The translations under genes and the position numbers were made by a program. DNA of 64,000 bases from Desulfosudaceae bacterium. GTDB taxonomy: Bacteria > Desulfobacterota > Desulfobacteria > Desulfobacterales > Desulfosudaceae. Under the pieces are notes generated by a model. The model saw only the letters and a list, made by a program, of their open reading frames with translations, was not told the origin of the DNA and did no database searches. Of the stretch, positions 49,362 to 60,032 are shown one piece after another. How positions within the stretch are numbered: position 1 is the first letter of the stretch; each line of letters begins with the position of its first letter. The stretch is taken from NCBI GenBank assembly GCA_963674745.2, contig CAXXDV010000001.1:2400001-2464000 (forward strand). Direction: 5' to 3'.

Positions 49362-50810
49362 TCACAACACCAGATCCTCCACAAAAGCCCACAACTGGTT
49401 CAGGTTCCGGCAGGGACGGACTTCATGGCAGTATCTTCGAAACAGGCGCATATCGCTGTCTCCATTGTCCCAGGTGACCAGAGACTCGGGGTTGAGCCAG
49501 ATAATGCGCCGGCATTTTTTGCGCAATTCATTGAGCACATCGACCCGCGGATTCATATAATTGGAGCGGCCGTCGCCGATGATGATCATTGTTGTCCGTC
49601 GGGTCAGCTCATGTAAATGGGATTCTCGGAAACGCAGAAAAGTTTCCCCGTAATCCGTGGGCACCTCCGTGGAAAGTCGCTTGTCCGAAAAGATTCTTTC
49701 TATGGCGGTGTTGATGTCATGCTCCTGGAAAAGGTCGGAAACGTCAGCCACGCCCGCCACAAACACATAACTCTTTACACCGGAAAAGCAGTCCTGCAGG
49801 GCGTAAAGTACAGACAGCATGAATCGGGCGGTCGACCAGACGGATCCGGAAACATCGCACAGGGTAACAATTTTGCTTTTTCTGGGGGGATGGGTTTTAA
49901 ATGCCAGGGTCATGGGGATCCCCTGGGAGCGGTTGGCCCGGCGCAGGGTGGTGGCCACGTCCAGCGCGCCTCGGCGTCGGATGGCCTGGCGGCGTGAGGC
50001 CACGTCTTTTAATTTATTTACCAGGCGGTCGATGATGTCCCGGATGGATTCGATTTCCGCAGGAGACAGGTTGGCCAGGGGCGTTTCACCGATGGTCTGA
50101 AAACGCTGCTGGGTGGCATTGACCTCACGAAGTCCGACATTGTCGGGTTGGGGGTCATGCCGGAAGAGGTCATCGGCCCGGTCCAGAAGCGACAGGAAAT
50201 GGTTTTCAACGGCCCGCCGCGTCACCGGATCGTCAGCCAGTCGGGTTTCGGCCAGTTCCCTGGAGCGGGTCCGCATGTGATTGATTTTCAGCATGATGTC
50301 CAGCCGCTGGGACATCTCTCCCAGGTTGGATCTTAACGGTACCTGCCGGGCCTCTTCATCGGCATTATTGAGCTCCCGCAGAAAGTTCAGCCAGGGTTGG
50401 GGCCGGCCGCTCAAAAAGTCCAGCAGAGCCGCGCTGACCGGGTCTTCTTCACCTGAGCCGGCCTGCAGATTCCGGTGTTGATCCCGCAAATTGTTTAAAA
50501 TGTCCTTGGTGCCGGCTGCGGTTATGTCCGACAGAGAATTGTCATCACCCGATTCCATGGCCAGGTCGTGGAAAAAGAGCTGGTAAAGAGCTTCAAATTT
50601 GGGCTGATCGCGTTGGGCCTTGACAAAATTGGCGCCCAGCAGGGTTTTGAATTCTGATTCCGCCAGCGGATCGATCAGGCAGAGTTGATTAACCGTGTCA
50701 AGGATTTCAGCGGTGGAAACAAAAAGTTCCGAAGCCCGGCAGCAGTCGGCAAAACGCAGGACGGTATCAAGCAGATGATTCGTCTGCGGTTGGACGGCCA
50801 CATCAGCCAT
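49362..50810 (-). CDS. VWA-domain CoxE-like protein
   Basis: LCDVSGS MIDAS, TDYG, IIGDGRSN, IWLNPE. Confidence 0.85.
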   Translation of the reverse strand: MADVAVQPQTNHLLDTVLRFADCCRASELFVSTAEILDTVNQLCLIDPLAESEFKTLLGANFVKAQRDQPKFEALYQLFFHDLAMESGDDNSLSDITAAGTKDILNNLRDQHRNLQAGSGEEDPVSAALLDFLSGRPQPWLNFLRELNNADEEARQVPLRSNLGEMSQRLDIMLKINHMRTRSRELAETRLADDPVTRRAVENHFLSLLDRADDLFRHDPQPDNVGLREVNATQQRFQTIGETPLANLSPAEIESIRDIIDRLVNKLKDVASRRQAIRRRGALDVATTLRRANRSQGIPMTLAFKTHPPRKSKIVTLCDVSGSVWSTARFMLSVLYALQDCFSGVKSYVFVAGVADVSDLFQEHDINTAIERIFSDKRLSTEVPTDYGETFLRFRESHLHELTRRTTMIIIGDGRSNYMNPRVDVLNELRKKCRRIIWLNPESLVTWDNGDSDMRLFRRYCHEVRPCRNLNQLWAFVEDLVL

Positions 50811-51714
50811 TGACCACCTCATTGATGCAGGGGATGACACGGTCGGCATCGGCCTTGTTTTTACAGAGCACATCCAGGGTGGTTTCCAGCGCTGCCGGCG
50901 TGATCTCGTTAATGTCCAGGGCCATCAGGGCCCGGGCCCAGTCCAGTGTTTCGGAAATACAGGGCCGTTTTTTTAAATCCAGCCGGCGCAACCGGCCGAC
51001 GATATCGATCATTTTTGCCAGCAGAATTCGGTCGATTTCCGGTATTCTTTTTCTGACGATGGCCAGTTCGGTGTCCGGTTCCGGATAGTCGATATAAAGA
51101 TAAAGGCAGCGGCGTTTTAAGGCGTTGCTCATGTCGCGATAACTGTTTGACGTCAGAAAAACAGCCGGCCGGGTGGTGGCTGTCTTGGTGCCGATTTCAG
51201 GGATGGTGACCTGGAAATCGCTGAGCAGTTCCAGCAGAAAAGCTTCAAATTCCGGGTCGGCCTTGTCCACTTCGTCAATCAGCAGGACGACCGGCTGCTC
51301 TGATAAAATGGCCTGGAGCAGCGGCCGTGGCTGGATAAACCGTTCAGAAAAAAAGGCGTCTTCTTCAGCGGCGATTTTGTCCACGGCCTGGGCAATGGAA
51401 TCCGTGTCAGCCAGCAGGGAACCGATTTTCTCCCGGACCATCTGGGTATAGAGGAGTTGTTTGGCATATTCCCATTCGTACAGGGCCTTTGATTCGTCCA
51501 GTCCCTCGTAGCATTGAAGCCGAATCAGCCGGCGGCCGGTGGCGGTTGCCACTGCCCGGGCCAGTTCGGTTTTCCCGACGCCGGCCGGACCTTCCACCAG
51601 TATCGGTTTTTCCGTGGCCATGGCCAGAAAGACAACGGTGGCGATTTTGGGTGATGGAATATAACTGCTGGCCTGAAGCCGACGGGTGACATCATTAATG
51701 TCATTAAATATCAT
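50803..51714 (-). CDS. MoxR-family (CoxD-like) AAA+ ATPase
   Basis: GPAGVGKT, RLQCYEGLD, LLIDEVDK, LKRRCLY. Confidence 0.92.
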   Translation of the reverse strand: MIFNDINDVTRRLQASSYIPSPKIATVVFLAMATEKPILVEGPAGVGKTELARAVATATGRRLIRLQCYEGLDESKALYEWEYAKQLLYTQMVREKIGSLLADTDSIAQAVDKIAAEEDAFFSERFIQPRPLLQAILSEQPVVLLIDEVDKADPEFEAFLLELLSDFQVTIPEIGTKTATTRPAVFLTSNSYRDMSNALKRRCLYLYIDYPEPDTELAIVRKRIPEIDRILLAKMIDIVGRLRRLDLKKRPCISETLDWARALMALDINEITPAALETTLDVLCKNKADADRVIPCINEVVNG

Positions 51715-52021
51715 AAATACGTCTCCTGTTTTTTCGTACCGGGCAACCGGATGTGTTTAAAACCGACGCGAATTTTTTCGGCCCGGCGGCTATCCCGACG
51801 CGGGCCGATGATATATGATTGCCCTGAAAAACGCATCGTCTGGAGACCAAGATAAAAAAGATCAGGACAAAATACAAGAAGTTGATTTTAGACGAAGAAA
51901 TTAATTGCTCCGGGCGTCTGCCGGGTGTTCGGTGAATTGGGGCTTGCATGTTGGCCGGATATCCTGTACTTTTTTAACCCGTGAAATATGCCGGATACGA
52001 CTAAAAAGTTTGGAATACTTT

Positions 52022-52579
52022 ATGTTTTTTAAAAAAAAGCAGAAAACGACCTTTTCCGATTCGTCTCACCGAACCATGGACCGGCAGACACCGGGCCTGG
52101 TCCAGAGTATTCTTCTGGGCTACGGCATTGTTGTGCTGCATATTTCCCTTATCGCCATGGTCGGCCTGGTGGTATTGGTACTGAGCGGTATTGTTAATTA
52201 TTTTATCTGGCTGCTGCTGGGCGGCATAGCCCTGTTCGGCGGCGGGGTCTGGTATTTTTTAAGGAAAATGAAGGATGAACAGCAGGCCATCCGTCGTATT
52301 CTCGGGCTGCCGGAATTCCAGAATAAAACCGTGGAAATTTCCCTGTTCGGCGGCGCCGCTTCCCTCAAAGTCGGCAGCCGGACCGACGACATCATGGATG
52401 TCAAATCCATTGGCGCGTCATCAACACCCTTGCTGGACGACCCGGGCCGGACGCGTCTGGATGACCTGGGTGAATTAAGCCGTTTGTTCGACAACGGCAT
52501 GATTACCAGAGAAGAGTTTGAACAGTTAAAGATCGAACTCCTGTCCCAGGCCGTGAGCCGGGGCAGCCACTCCGCATAG
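52022..52579 (+). CDS. Two-TM membrane protein with C-terminal SHOCT domain
   Basis: Hydrophobic hairpin; L.EL..L...G.ITREEFEQLK..LL. Confidence 0.75.
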   Translation: MFFKKKQKTTFSDSSHRTMDRQTPGLVQSILLGYGIVVLHISLIAMVGLVVLVLSGIVNYFIWLLLGGIALFGGGVWYFLRKMKDEQQAIRRILGLPEFQNKTVEISLFGGAASLKVGSRTDDIMDVKSIGASSTPLLDDPGRTRLDDLGELSRLFDNGMITREEFEQLKIELLSQAVSRGSHSA

Positions 52580-52705
52580 CCGGTGTCTTTTTTTTCAGGT
52601 GGTGGTGTAAAAACGTGTGGTCGGGTAGGCCAGGTCAATGTCGGCTGTTTCGTTAAACGCATTAAGGATTGCTTCCCAAACTTGTTCTTCCTTTTATAAT
52701 ATTTG

Positions 52706-53524
52706 TTAAGCAATTTCAAGTGGTTCTTTATTGATATGAAACAGTCTGCAGGTATTGTCCCAGATGATGGGGGCCAGGATTTCAGGTGCCTGGTTGCGGA
52801 CTTCGGCCAGTTTCATGAACACGGTTTTGACAAAGGCGGGTTCATTGCGCTTGACCTTGTTACGATCCGGGGTGGGGGTAAGGTAAGGCGCATCGGTTTC
52901 AACCAGCAGCCGGTCGTCGGGGATGTGGTTGACCAGTTGTCGCAGCTCCTGCCCCCTGGTTTTAATGGTGACCACGCCGGTGACACCGACATAAAGACCC
53001 AAATCCAGGTAAGCGGACAGCTCCTGACGGTTGCCGCTGAAGCAGTGGACGACACCGGTCTGGCCGGGTGCCATTTCGGTTTTAAGTATTTCAAGAAAAC
53101 GACCTCCTGAATCCCTTTCATGAAATATCAGCGGCAGGTCGGCCTCTTTCGCTTCGGCGATTTGCCGACAGAGCCATTTTTCCTGTGCTTGTTTCGGTGA
53201 ATGCATGCGGTTAAAATCCAGGCCTGTTTCTCCCCAGGCACGGACATCCGGCGTAGATGCCGCCAGGTCTCGAAGGGCCTTTATGGCGTCTTCATCAGCC
53301 CGGGAAGCATCATGTGGATGGATCCCTACCGAGGCGTACACACCGTCATGCTGACCGGCAATCTCAACCGCTTTTCTGGAACTGGCCGGGGTAATGCCGA
53401 CGACCATGCAGGCCTGAACACCGGCCTGATGGGCCCGGGAAAGGACGGTGTCCAGGTCTTTGTTATAGGTTTTATCATCCAGGTGGCAATGGCTGTCAAA
53501 AAGTCGTATCGGAGGCAAGTTCAT
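52706..53524 (-). CDS. tatD: TatD-family hydrolase
   Basis: DSHCHL, GIHPH, GETGLD, HCFSG, ETDAPYL. Confidence 0.93.
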   Translation of the reverse strand: MNLPPIRLFDSHCHLDDKTYNKDLDTVLSRAHQAGVQACMVVGITPASSRKAVEIAGQHDGVYASVGIHPHDASRADEDAIKALRDLAASTPDVRAWGETGLDFNRMHSPKQAQEKWLCRQIAEAKEADLPLIFHERDSGGRFLEILKTEMAPGQTGVVHCFSGNRQELSAYLDLGLYVGVTGVVTIKTRGQELRQLVNHIPDDRLLVETDAPYLTPTPDRNKVKRNEPAFVKTVFMKLAEVRNQAPEILAPIIWDNTCRLFHINKEPLEIA

Positions 53525-53566
53525 GGCGCTTTCGTTTCAGTTTAGATTAACAGCAATGGTTTCGTA

Positions 53567-54970
53567 TTATTGCCGGGTTAAGGGTATATCCCATTTTTTC
53601 ATGTATTTCCAGATAGCGGCCCGGCTGTACCCGCTTTTTCTGGCCACTTCAGCCTTGTTCCAGTCACTTTCCGAAAGCAGTTGCAGCAAAACTGCGGGGG
53701 TAAGGGGCGTCCGTTCACGGGGCGGGCTTTTGTCCGTTGACTCAGGCGGGTGCATTGGCTGGCGATATTCCGTTTGCAGGATTTCAGCCGGAAGGTCAAA
53801 CACGTCGACGTATTTGGCGCTACAAAGCACAAAAGCATGCTCAACGGCGTTTTCCAGTTCGCGCACGTTGCCGGGCCAGTTGTAATCAAGAAGAATTCGT
53901 AAGGCCGGGTTGGTCACGCCGGCGATGGCTTTCCCGGTTTTTTCATTCTGGAGATTGATAAAATGGCTGATTAAAAGCGGAATGTCCTTTTTGCGGTTTC
54001 GCAACGGGGGCAGGTTGATGGGAAATACCTTGAGGCGGTAATAAAGGTCCTCCCTGAAAACACCATTTTGTACCAGTTCATAAAGGTGTTTGTTTGAGGC
54101 GGTGATGATCCGGATATTGATTCTTCGTTTTTTTGATTCGCCCACACGCTCTATCTCTCTTTCCTGGATGGCCCGAAGCAGCTTGACCTGGATAGCAGCG
54201 CTGATATCACCGATTTCATCTAAAAAAAGGGTGCCGCCGTCGGCTTCTTCAAAACGGCCTGCCCGGTCACTGACGGCACTGGTAAAGGCGCCTTTTACAT
54301 GGCCGAACAGTTCGCTTTCCAGAAGAGACTCCGAAAGGGCGCTGCAATTGACCGAGACAAACGGCATCTGCGAACGGCGGCTGTTGTAATGAACCGCGCC
54401 GGCCACCAGCTCTTTGCCGGTACCGCTTTCTCCCTGGATCAGAATGGTGGCGTCACTGTCCGCTGCCGCCCGAATGGCGGAAAAAACCTCCCGCATCAGT
54501 TTGCTTTCGCCGATGATATTTTCCAGCCGGTGAATATTGCCCAGTTTCAGGTTGGCGGTTTCCGCCTCGCGTCGTGTATTATAAAGTTCCGTCAGGTTGG
54601 TAACGGTTTCGACCACGCCGCGGCCCACGCCGGTCTGGTCTTTGAGGATGCGGGCGTTCTTTAGTACCGGGATGTCCCGACCGTTTTTATGTTTTAAAAA
54701 GCACTCCTTGGCTTCAATCCGGCCATGCCTGAATATGTCGCATTCACCGATGCCTGATGGGCAGGTTTTCCCGAAGCAGTTGTTAAATTGCATTAAGGCG
54801 CAGGTTTTACCGATGGCCTCTTCAGCCGTGTAGCCGGAAATCCTTTCCATGGCCGGGTTCCATGAGGTAATTTCACCGTTTTCGTCAACGGTGAAAACGC
54901 CTTCGGCCATGGACTCAAGCAGCAGTTTTTCGAATCCCAGCGCATGAAAGTCGGGAACATGATGGTTCAT
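53567..54970 (-). CDS. PAS-containing sigma-54-dependent transcriptional activator
   Basis: Cys-rich PAS; GESGTGKE, ESELFGH, GAFTSA, FLDEIG, WPGNVREL; C-terminal HTH. Confidence 0.93.
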   Translation of the reverse strand: MNHHVPDFHALGFEKLLLESMAEGVFTVDENGEITSWNPAMERISGYTAEEAIGKTCALMQFNNCFGKTCPSGIGECDIFRHGRIEAKECFLKHKNGRDIPVLKNARILKDQTGVGRGVVETVTNLTELYNTRREAETANLKLGNIHRLENIIGESKLMREVFSAIRAAADSDATILIQGESGTGKELVAGAVHYNSRRSQMPFVSVNCSALSESLLESELFGHVKGAFTSAVSDRAGRFEEADGGTLFLDEIGDISAAIQVKLLRAIQEREIERVGESKKRRINIRIITASNKHLYELVQNGVFREDLYYRLKVFPINLPPLRNRKKDIPLLISHFINLQNEKTGKAIAGVTNPALRILLDYNWPGNVRELENAVEHAFVLCSAKYVDVFDLPAEILQTEYRQPMHPPESTDKSPPRERTPLTPAVLLQLLSESDWNKAEVARKSGYSRAAIWKYMKKWDIPLTRQ

Positions 54971-55007
54971 AGCCAGCCTTTTTTGATGGGTTACGGTAAC
55001 GCTATGA

Positions 55008-55037
55008 TGGCGCCACTAGCATTCTATGTGGCGCCAC
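55008..55037. promoter_or_regulatory. Tandem palindromic sites, candidate enhancer
   Basis: TGGCGCCA at 55008 and 55029, 21 bp apart, in the activator/nfnA divergent region. Confidence 0.5.
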
Positions 55038-55122
55038 TTTTTGTGTCAAGTCGTTTTCTGGATCTATGGTATAAGCACTGATATTTTAAATATTTGAAAG
55101 TATATAGCGTTTTCCCCCTTTT

Positions 55123-55138
55123 TGGCATGTTCTTTGTT
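55123..55138 (+). promoter_or_regulatory. Candidate sigma-54 (-24/-12) promoter
   Basis: TGGCATGTTCTTTGTT; correct spacing but GT instead of GC at -12. Confidence 0.35.
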
Positions 55139-55432
55139 TATCAGTGGATTTTAAACAGTGAAAAACCGTTTTTTTAAAATATGATCATTGAATATAATCG
55201 TTTTGAAAGGACGGCATACCGGTTGATTTGGAAAAAAACGGTCCGCATCTCACAAACAGGATAAGACGTGATTTGCTACGGCCTTGATAATTTATACTGT
55301 TTTACTATGTTATTTGGACATTAATAAGATTTTGGACTATAATGCGTAAATATATTCAACTCAATTATGATTGTCCTGAATGCAATAAATAACACAAAGA
55401 CCCGGTAACGCTGTTCGGATAAAGGAGAGAAT

Positions 55433-56284
55433 ATGTTTAAAATTGTGAAACGACAGGAAATGGCCCGGGGCACCGTCGTACTCAACGAGGTCGAAGCGCC
55501 GCGGATTGCGGCCAAGGCCCGGCCGGGACAGTTTCTTATTTTAAAGGCTACCGAAGAGGGCGAACGAATTCCCCTGACCATGGCGGATACCAACCCGGAA
55601 AAAGGCACGGTTACCATTGTTTACATGGTGGTCGGCGAGAGCACGGCCCTGTTTTCCAGCCTCAAGGAAGGGGATGGCTACATGGATATGATCGGGCCTT
55701 TGGGGAACCCGACCCATATCGAGAAAGTGGGCAAGGTTGTCTGTGTCGGCGGCGGAACAGGCGTGGCGGTACTTCATCCCATAACCCGGGCGCTTAAGGA
55801 GGCCGGCAATACGGTTACCTGCATTATCGGCGCCCGAAACAAGGACCTGCTGATCCTGGAGAATCAAATGGCCGCTGCTTCTCATGATTTACGCATCTGC
55901 ACGGATGACGGTTCCTACGGGCATCACGGGTTTGTCACCGACGTGTTAAAACAGGTCCTTCAGGAAAATGCTGATATGAAGCTGGCCGTGGCCATCGGAC
56001 CGGTGCCCATGATGAAAGCCTGTTCGGCGGTGACGAAGGAATTCGGCGTCAAGACCATGGTCAGCGTGAACCCCATCATGGTGGATGGGACCGGCATGTG
56101 CGGCGGCTGCCGGGTGTCGGTGGGCGGAAAGACGAAATTCGCCTGCGTAGACGGCCCGGAGTTTGATGGCCATGAAGTGGATTACGATGAGTTGATGCTG
56201 AGGCTGAGGGCTTATGTTGATCAGGAAAAAGAAAGTCATAACTGTTTTCTAAATCAATCCATGCCCGGAGGTGATAATGGGTGA
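55433..56284 (+). CDS. nfnA: NfnA (NfnS) subunit of the electron-bifurcating transhydrogenase
   Basis: PGQF, GERIPLT, GPLG, GGGTG, MVDGTGMCGGCR, CVDGPEF. Confidence 0.92.
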   Translation: MFKIVKRQEMARGTVVLNEVEAPRIAAKARPGQFLILKATEEGERIPLTMADTNPEKGTVTIVYMVVGESTALFSSLKEGDGYMDMIGPLGNPTHIEKVGKVVCVGGGTGVAVLHPITRALKEAGNTVTCIIGARNKDLLILENQMAAASHDLRICTDDGSYGHHGFVTDVLKQVLQENADMKLAVAIGPVPMMKACSAVTKEFGVKTMVSVNPIMVDGTGMCGGCRVSVGGKTKFACVDGPEFDGHEVDYDELMLRLRAYVDQEKESHNCFLNQSMPGGDNG

Positions 56285-57686
56285 AAAAGATAAAAAGGAA
56301 AAGACGCCGAGGCAGGCCATGCCCGAGCAGCCGGCTGATGTAAGGGCCAGGAATTTTGATGAAGTCCCCCTGGGGTTGAGCCCTGAAGCAGCTGCCCTGG
56401 AAGCCGGGCGGTGCCTGCAATGCAAGAAACCGGCCTGCGTGGCGGGTTGCCCGGTCGGTGTTGACATACCGGGATTTATCGGCTTGATCCGGGATGGCGA
56501 TTTTACCGGTGCTATTCAGAAAATATGGGCGCGCAACGGTCTTCCCGCTGTCTGCGGCCGGGTCTGTCCCCAGGAACTGCAGTGCGAAGGTGCCTGTATC
56601 CTGGGAAAAAGGGATGAACCCGTGGCCATCGGCAATCTCGAGCGTTTTGCAGCTGATTATGAACGGGCCCATCGTAAGGCGGCCAAACCGGACAAGGCGC
56701 CGTCCACCGGGAAAAAGGTGGCGGTTGTCGGAGCCGGTCCGGCCGGCCTGACCGTGGCCGGTGATCTTATCTTAAAAGGCCATGACGTCAGTATTTTTGA
56801 AGCCTTTCATAAACCCGGCGGCGTGTTGGTGTACGGCATCCCCCAATTCCGGCTGCCCAAAGAGATTGTTTTTTCCGAAGTGGACGGTCTGGATGCGCTG
56901 GGGGTTAAAATCGAAGTTAATACGGTGGTCGGCCGCAGCGTGACCATTGAAGAGTTGTTCGAGGATGGTTATGACGCCATATTTATCGGTGTGGGCGCCG
57001 GTCTGCCCATGTTTCTGGGGGTTCCCGGCGAAAATTTTGCCGGTGTTTTTTCGGCCAATGAATACCTGACCCGTACCAACCTGATGAAGGCTTACCGGTT
57101 CCCTGAATATAACACACCGGTAATCAAGGGGAAAAACGTGGTGACCATCGGCGGCGGCAACGTGGCCATGGACGCCGCCCGGACGGCACTTCGCCTGGGT
57201 GCGGAAAATTCCTATATCGTGTACCGCCGGTCCAAAGCCGAATTGCCGGCTCGCGCCGCGGAAGTGCATCATGCCGAGGAAGAAGGGGTTATTTTTCGCC
57301 TGTTGACCAATCCCACCCGGTTTTTCGGTGACGAGAACGGCCGAGTAACCGGTATGGAGGCCCTGCAGATGGAACTGGGTGAACCCGATGATTCGGGCCG
57401 GAGGCGGCCCGTGCCGGTTGAAGGATCGGAGTTTACCATCGACTGCGACCTGGTGATTGTGGCCATCGGCGCCGGTGCCAATCCCCTCCTGACCCGATCA
57501 ACCGAAGGCCTGGCGCTGAATAAAAGGGGCTATATCGTTGCCGACGAAAAGACCGGTAAAACCAGCCGCAGAGGGGTCTGGGCCGGAGGTGATATCGTCA
57601 CCGGGTCGGCCACGGTTATTCTGGCCATGGGTGCCGGACGTGTCGCTGCAGATTCAATGCACGATTACTTGACTCTGGGGTGGTAG
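56277..57686 (+). CDS. nfnB: NfnB (NfnL/SudA, GltD-like) subunit
   Basis: RCLQCKK..CV.GCPV, CGRVCPQE.QCE, GAGPAG, GGGNVAMD, YRRS; paired with nfnA. Confidence 0.92.
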   Translation: MGEKDKKEKTPRQAMPEQPADVRARNFDEVPLGLSPEAAALEAGRCLQCKKPACVAGCPVGVDIPGFIGLIRDGDFTGAIQKIWARNGLPAVCGRVCPQELQCEGACILGKRDEPVAIGNLERFAADYERAHRKAAKPDKAPSTGKKVAVVGAGPAGLTVAGDLILKGHDVSIFEAFHKPGGVLVYGIPQFRLPKEIVFSEVDGLDALGVKIEVNTVVGRSVTIEELFEDGYDAIFIGVGAGLPMFLGVPGENFAGVFSANEYLTRTNLMKAYRFPEYNTPVIKGKNVVTIGGGNVAMDAARTALRLGAENSYIVYRRSKAELPARAAEVHHAEEEGVIFRLLTNPTRFFGDENGRVTGMEALQMELGEPDDSGRRRPVPVEGSEFTIDCDLVIVAIGAGANPLLTRSTEGLALNKRGYIVADEKTGKTSRRGVWAGGDIVTGSATVILAMGAGRVAADSMHDYLTLGW

Positions 57687-57833
57687 CTGGCGGCTTCAAT
57701 AACTTATATTATTGGCTGGACAGGTCGTGGTGGATTGTATATACTTTGTTTAATCATGTACATATGAAAGGATATGCAGGCGAATTGACTTGCTCGTTAT
57801 GAAGATTCTACAGCGAACACAGGCGGGAGAAGG

Positions 57834-58280
57834 ATGCGGTTAACGACAAAAAGCAGGTACGGGACCCGTCTGATGCTGGACCTCACGTTATACGGTGGAG
57901 AAAAGCCTGTTCCCTTGAATGTAATTTCCAAACGCCAGAACATCTCCATAAAGTACCTGGAACACCTTACCGCTAAACTCAAAAAAGACGGTCTTATTGT
58001 CAGCAGACGCGGGCCTTCCGGCGGACATAAGCTGGCCCGGCCGCCTGGAGAAATAACGATGGGTGATATCGTCAGAAGCCTGGAGGAAAAGACCGCTCTG
58101 ACGGAATGCTCGGAAACCAACGAAACATATTGCAGCACTTGTGACCGGGCGGGTGAATGCCTTACCCGCTGGGTCTGGGTTGAGGCAAGCAACGCCATGT
58201 TCAAACGCCTTGATCAGATTACACTGGAGAGCCTGGTAAACGACAAGCCCACATTAAAGCCGGAGCATAGCAGTGTTTAG
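57834..58280 (+). CDS. Rrf2-family transcriptional regulator, likely Fe-S binding
   Basis: MRLTTKSRYG, YLE, SRRGPSGG; Cys cluster CSET..YCSTC..GEC. Confidence 0.9.
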   Translation: MRLTTKSRYGTRLMLDLTLYGGEKPVPLNVISKRQNISIKYLEHLTAKLKKDGLIVSRRGPSGGHKLARPPGEITMGDIVRSLEEKTALTECSETNETYCSTCDRAGECLTRWVWVEASNAMFKRLDQITLESLVNDKPTLKPEHSSV

Positions 58281-58547
58281 CGATAAAAGTGATTAGCCAG
58301 GATCTTTCACGGGTTGAAAGACAGGAACCTGTTTCGGCGTAAGGTGTTTGCAAAAAGATGTCCGACTGTTTCTTTATGACCAGCAAAAAAATTTGTTATC
58401 TTTTTTGAAACACGTTGTTATTCATTGTTTTATTCCTTAATGCTTTTCATCTTAATCGAAGCCTTAATCGGGGTTGAGAAAATAAAGGGACAAGTCTTTC
58501 TGCCATAAAACGGCAGAGATCGCGAGCAGCAACGGACAGGGGGACCC

Positions 58548-60032
58548 ATGAGAACCGATCAGGAAAAAGAGCTGTTAATAAAAGCAATAGACGCCTCAAA
58601 GAGAAAATTTATCATTATCTCTCCTGATTACGTTCTTCTGGCGTTTAACGAATACACGCGGCAAATCGCCGATGGCGGTGACCTTAAGGGGCGGCATTGC
58701 TATGAAGCGTTTTACGATCGTCAGGCGCCCTGTGAGGGGTGTACGGCGACACGCGTTATGTTAACCGGAAAACAGTCACTGGAAAGCGCCAGGAAAGGAA
58801 TTTTTGAAATAACCAATACTTCCTGTTTCTATTCTTATCCGGTTTTTAACGGAGATGATATGGATGCTGTGGTGACGATTGATCTTGATCTGGATGCCGT
58901 TGGCGATATGCTGGGGCGCATTGACCGGTCTAATGCGTTTCTACGGAATCTTATTTTGAGTTCAGTGGACGGTGTTATTGCAGCCGACATGACCGGAAAA
59001 ATTATCATCTTTAATGAAGCTGCCGCGGAGATAATGGGGTATAGTGTTCAAGAGGCCTTGAACCATTTGGACATCAGAGATGTTTATCCCGGGGACGGTG
59101 CCCGGGAAGTCATGAAAAAGCTTCGCAGCGAGGAATATGGCGGTAAGGGCAAGGTCAAGTCATATGAAGTGAAAACACAGAAAAAAAATGGTGACCTGAC
59201 ACCGATCTGCTTGAATGCCGCCATTGTTTATGAGGGTGATAAAGCGATCGCCTCGATCGGTTTTTTCCACGATATGACCGAAGAGCTGAAAATGAAGGCC
59301 GACCTTCAGAAGACCCAGACGCAGCTTCTTCAGGCGGAAAAGATGTCATCGCTGGGTAAGCTGGCGGCCGGCGTGGCCCATCAATTGAACAATCCCCTGG
59401 GAGGAATAACGCTTTATGCCAAGCTGCTGCTTGAAGATTATGACCTTTGTGAGGAAGCCGTTGAAGATGTAAACCGTATTATCCGGGATGCGCAAAGAGG
59501 CACTGAAACCGTCAAGGAACTGCTGGAATTCGCAAGGCAGACCCGGTTAAAACGGGTTCGGGTCGACGTCAATCAGGCTGTTTCAAGAACGTTGTTTCTG
59601 CTCGAAAACCAGACACTGTTTCATGATATCCAGATCGAAAAAGATTTTTATGAAAAGTCCCTTGTTATCAGTGCCGATATTCAGCAGCTTAATCATGTTT
59701 TTATGAATATTATTCTTAATGCCGCCCAGGCCATGGAAGGAAAAGGCCGACTTGAGATACAAACCGGCCTGGATGCTTCCCGGGGCCTGGTTATGGTAAA
59801 AATATCAGATACCGGGCCGGGAATACCCGAGGACGTCATCCCGCATGTTTTCGAACCTTTTTATACCACCAAGGAAGAGGGCAAGGGCACGGGACTGGGA
59901 CTTAGTCTGGTTTACAGCATAATTGATGAACATGGCGGGCAAATTTCGGCTGACAATCAACCCGGCGGAGGAGGGGTGTTTACGTTTGAACTCCCTGTCC
60001 ATTCGGAGAAAGAAATCAATGACGATGGATGA
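58548..60032 (+). CDS. PAS-PAS sensor histidine kinase (copy 2)
   Basis: Same length (494 aa) and collinear with 33839-35323. Confidence 0.92.
   Translation: MRTDQEKELLIKAIDASKRKFIIISPDYVLLAFNEYTRQIADGGDLKGRHCYEAFYDRQAPCEGCTATRVMLTGKQSLESARKGIFEITNTSCFYSYPVFNGDDMDAVVTIDLDLDAVGDMLGRIDRSNAFLRNLILSSVDGVIAADMTGKIIIFNEAAAEIMGYSVQEALNHLDIRDVYPGDGAREVMKKLRSEEYGGKGKVKSYEVKTQKKNGDLTPICLNAAIVYEGDKAIASIGFFHDMTEELKMKADLQKTQTQLLQAEKMSSLGKLAAGVAHQLNNPLGGITLYAKLLLEDYDLCEEAVEDVNRIIRDAQRGTETVKELLEFARQTRLKRVRVDVNQAVSRTLFLLENQTLFHDIQIEKDFYEKSLVISADIQQLNHVFMNIILNAAQAMEGKGRLEIQTGLDASRGLVMVKISDTGPGIPEDVIPHVFEPFYTTKEEGKGTGLGLSLVYSIIDEHGGQISADNQPGGGGVFTFELPVHSEKEINDDG

Noticed and set aside
52706..53524. TatD as part of the Tat export system
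   Set aside because: TatD is a cytoplasmic nuclease unrelated to transport and is unlinked to tatA/B/C here.
56277..57686. Glutamate synthase small subunit
   Set aside because: No gltB nearby and it is paired with nfnA, so NfnB fits better.
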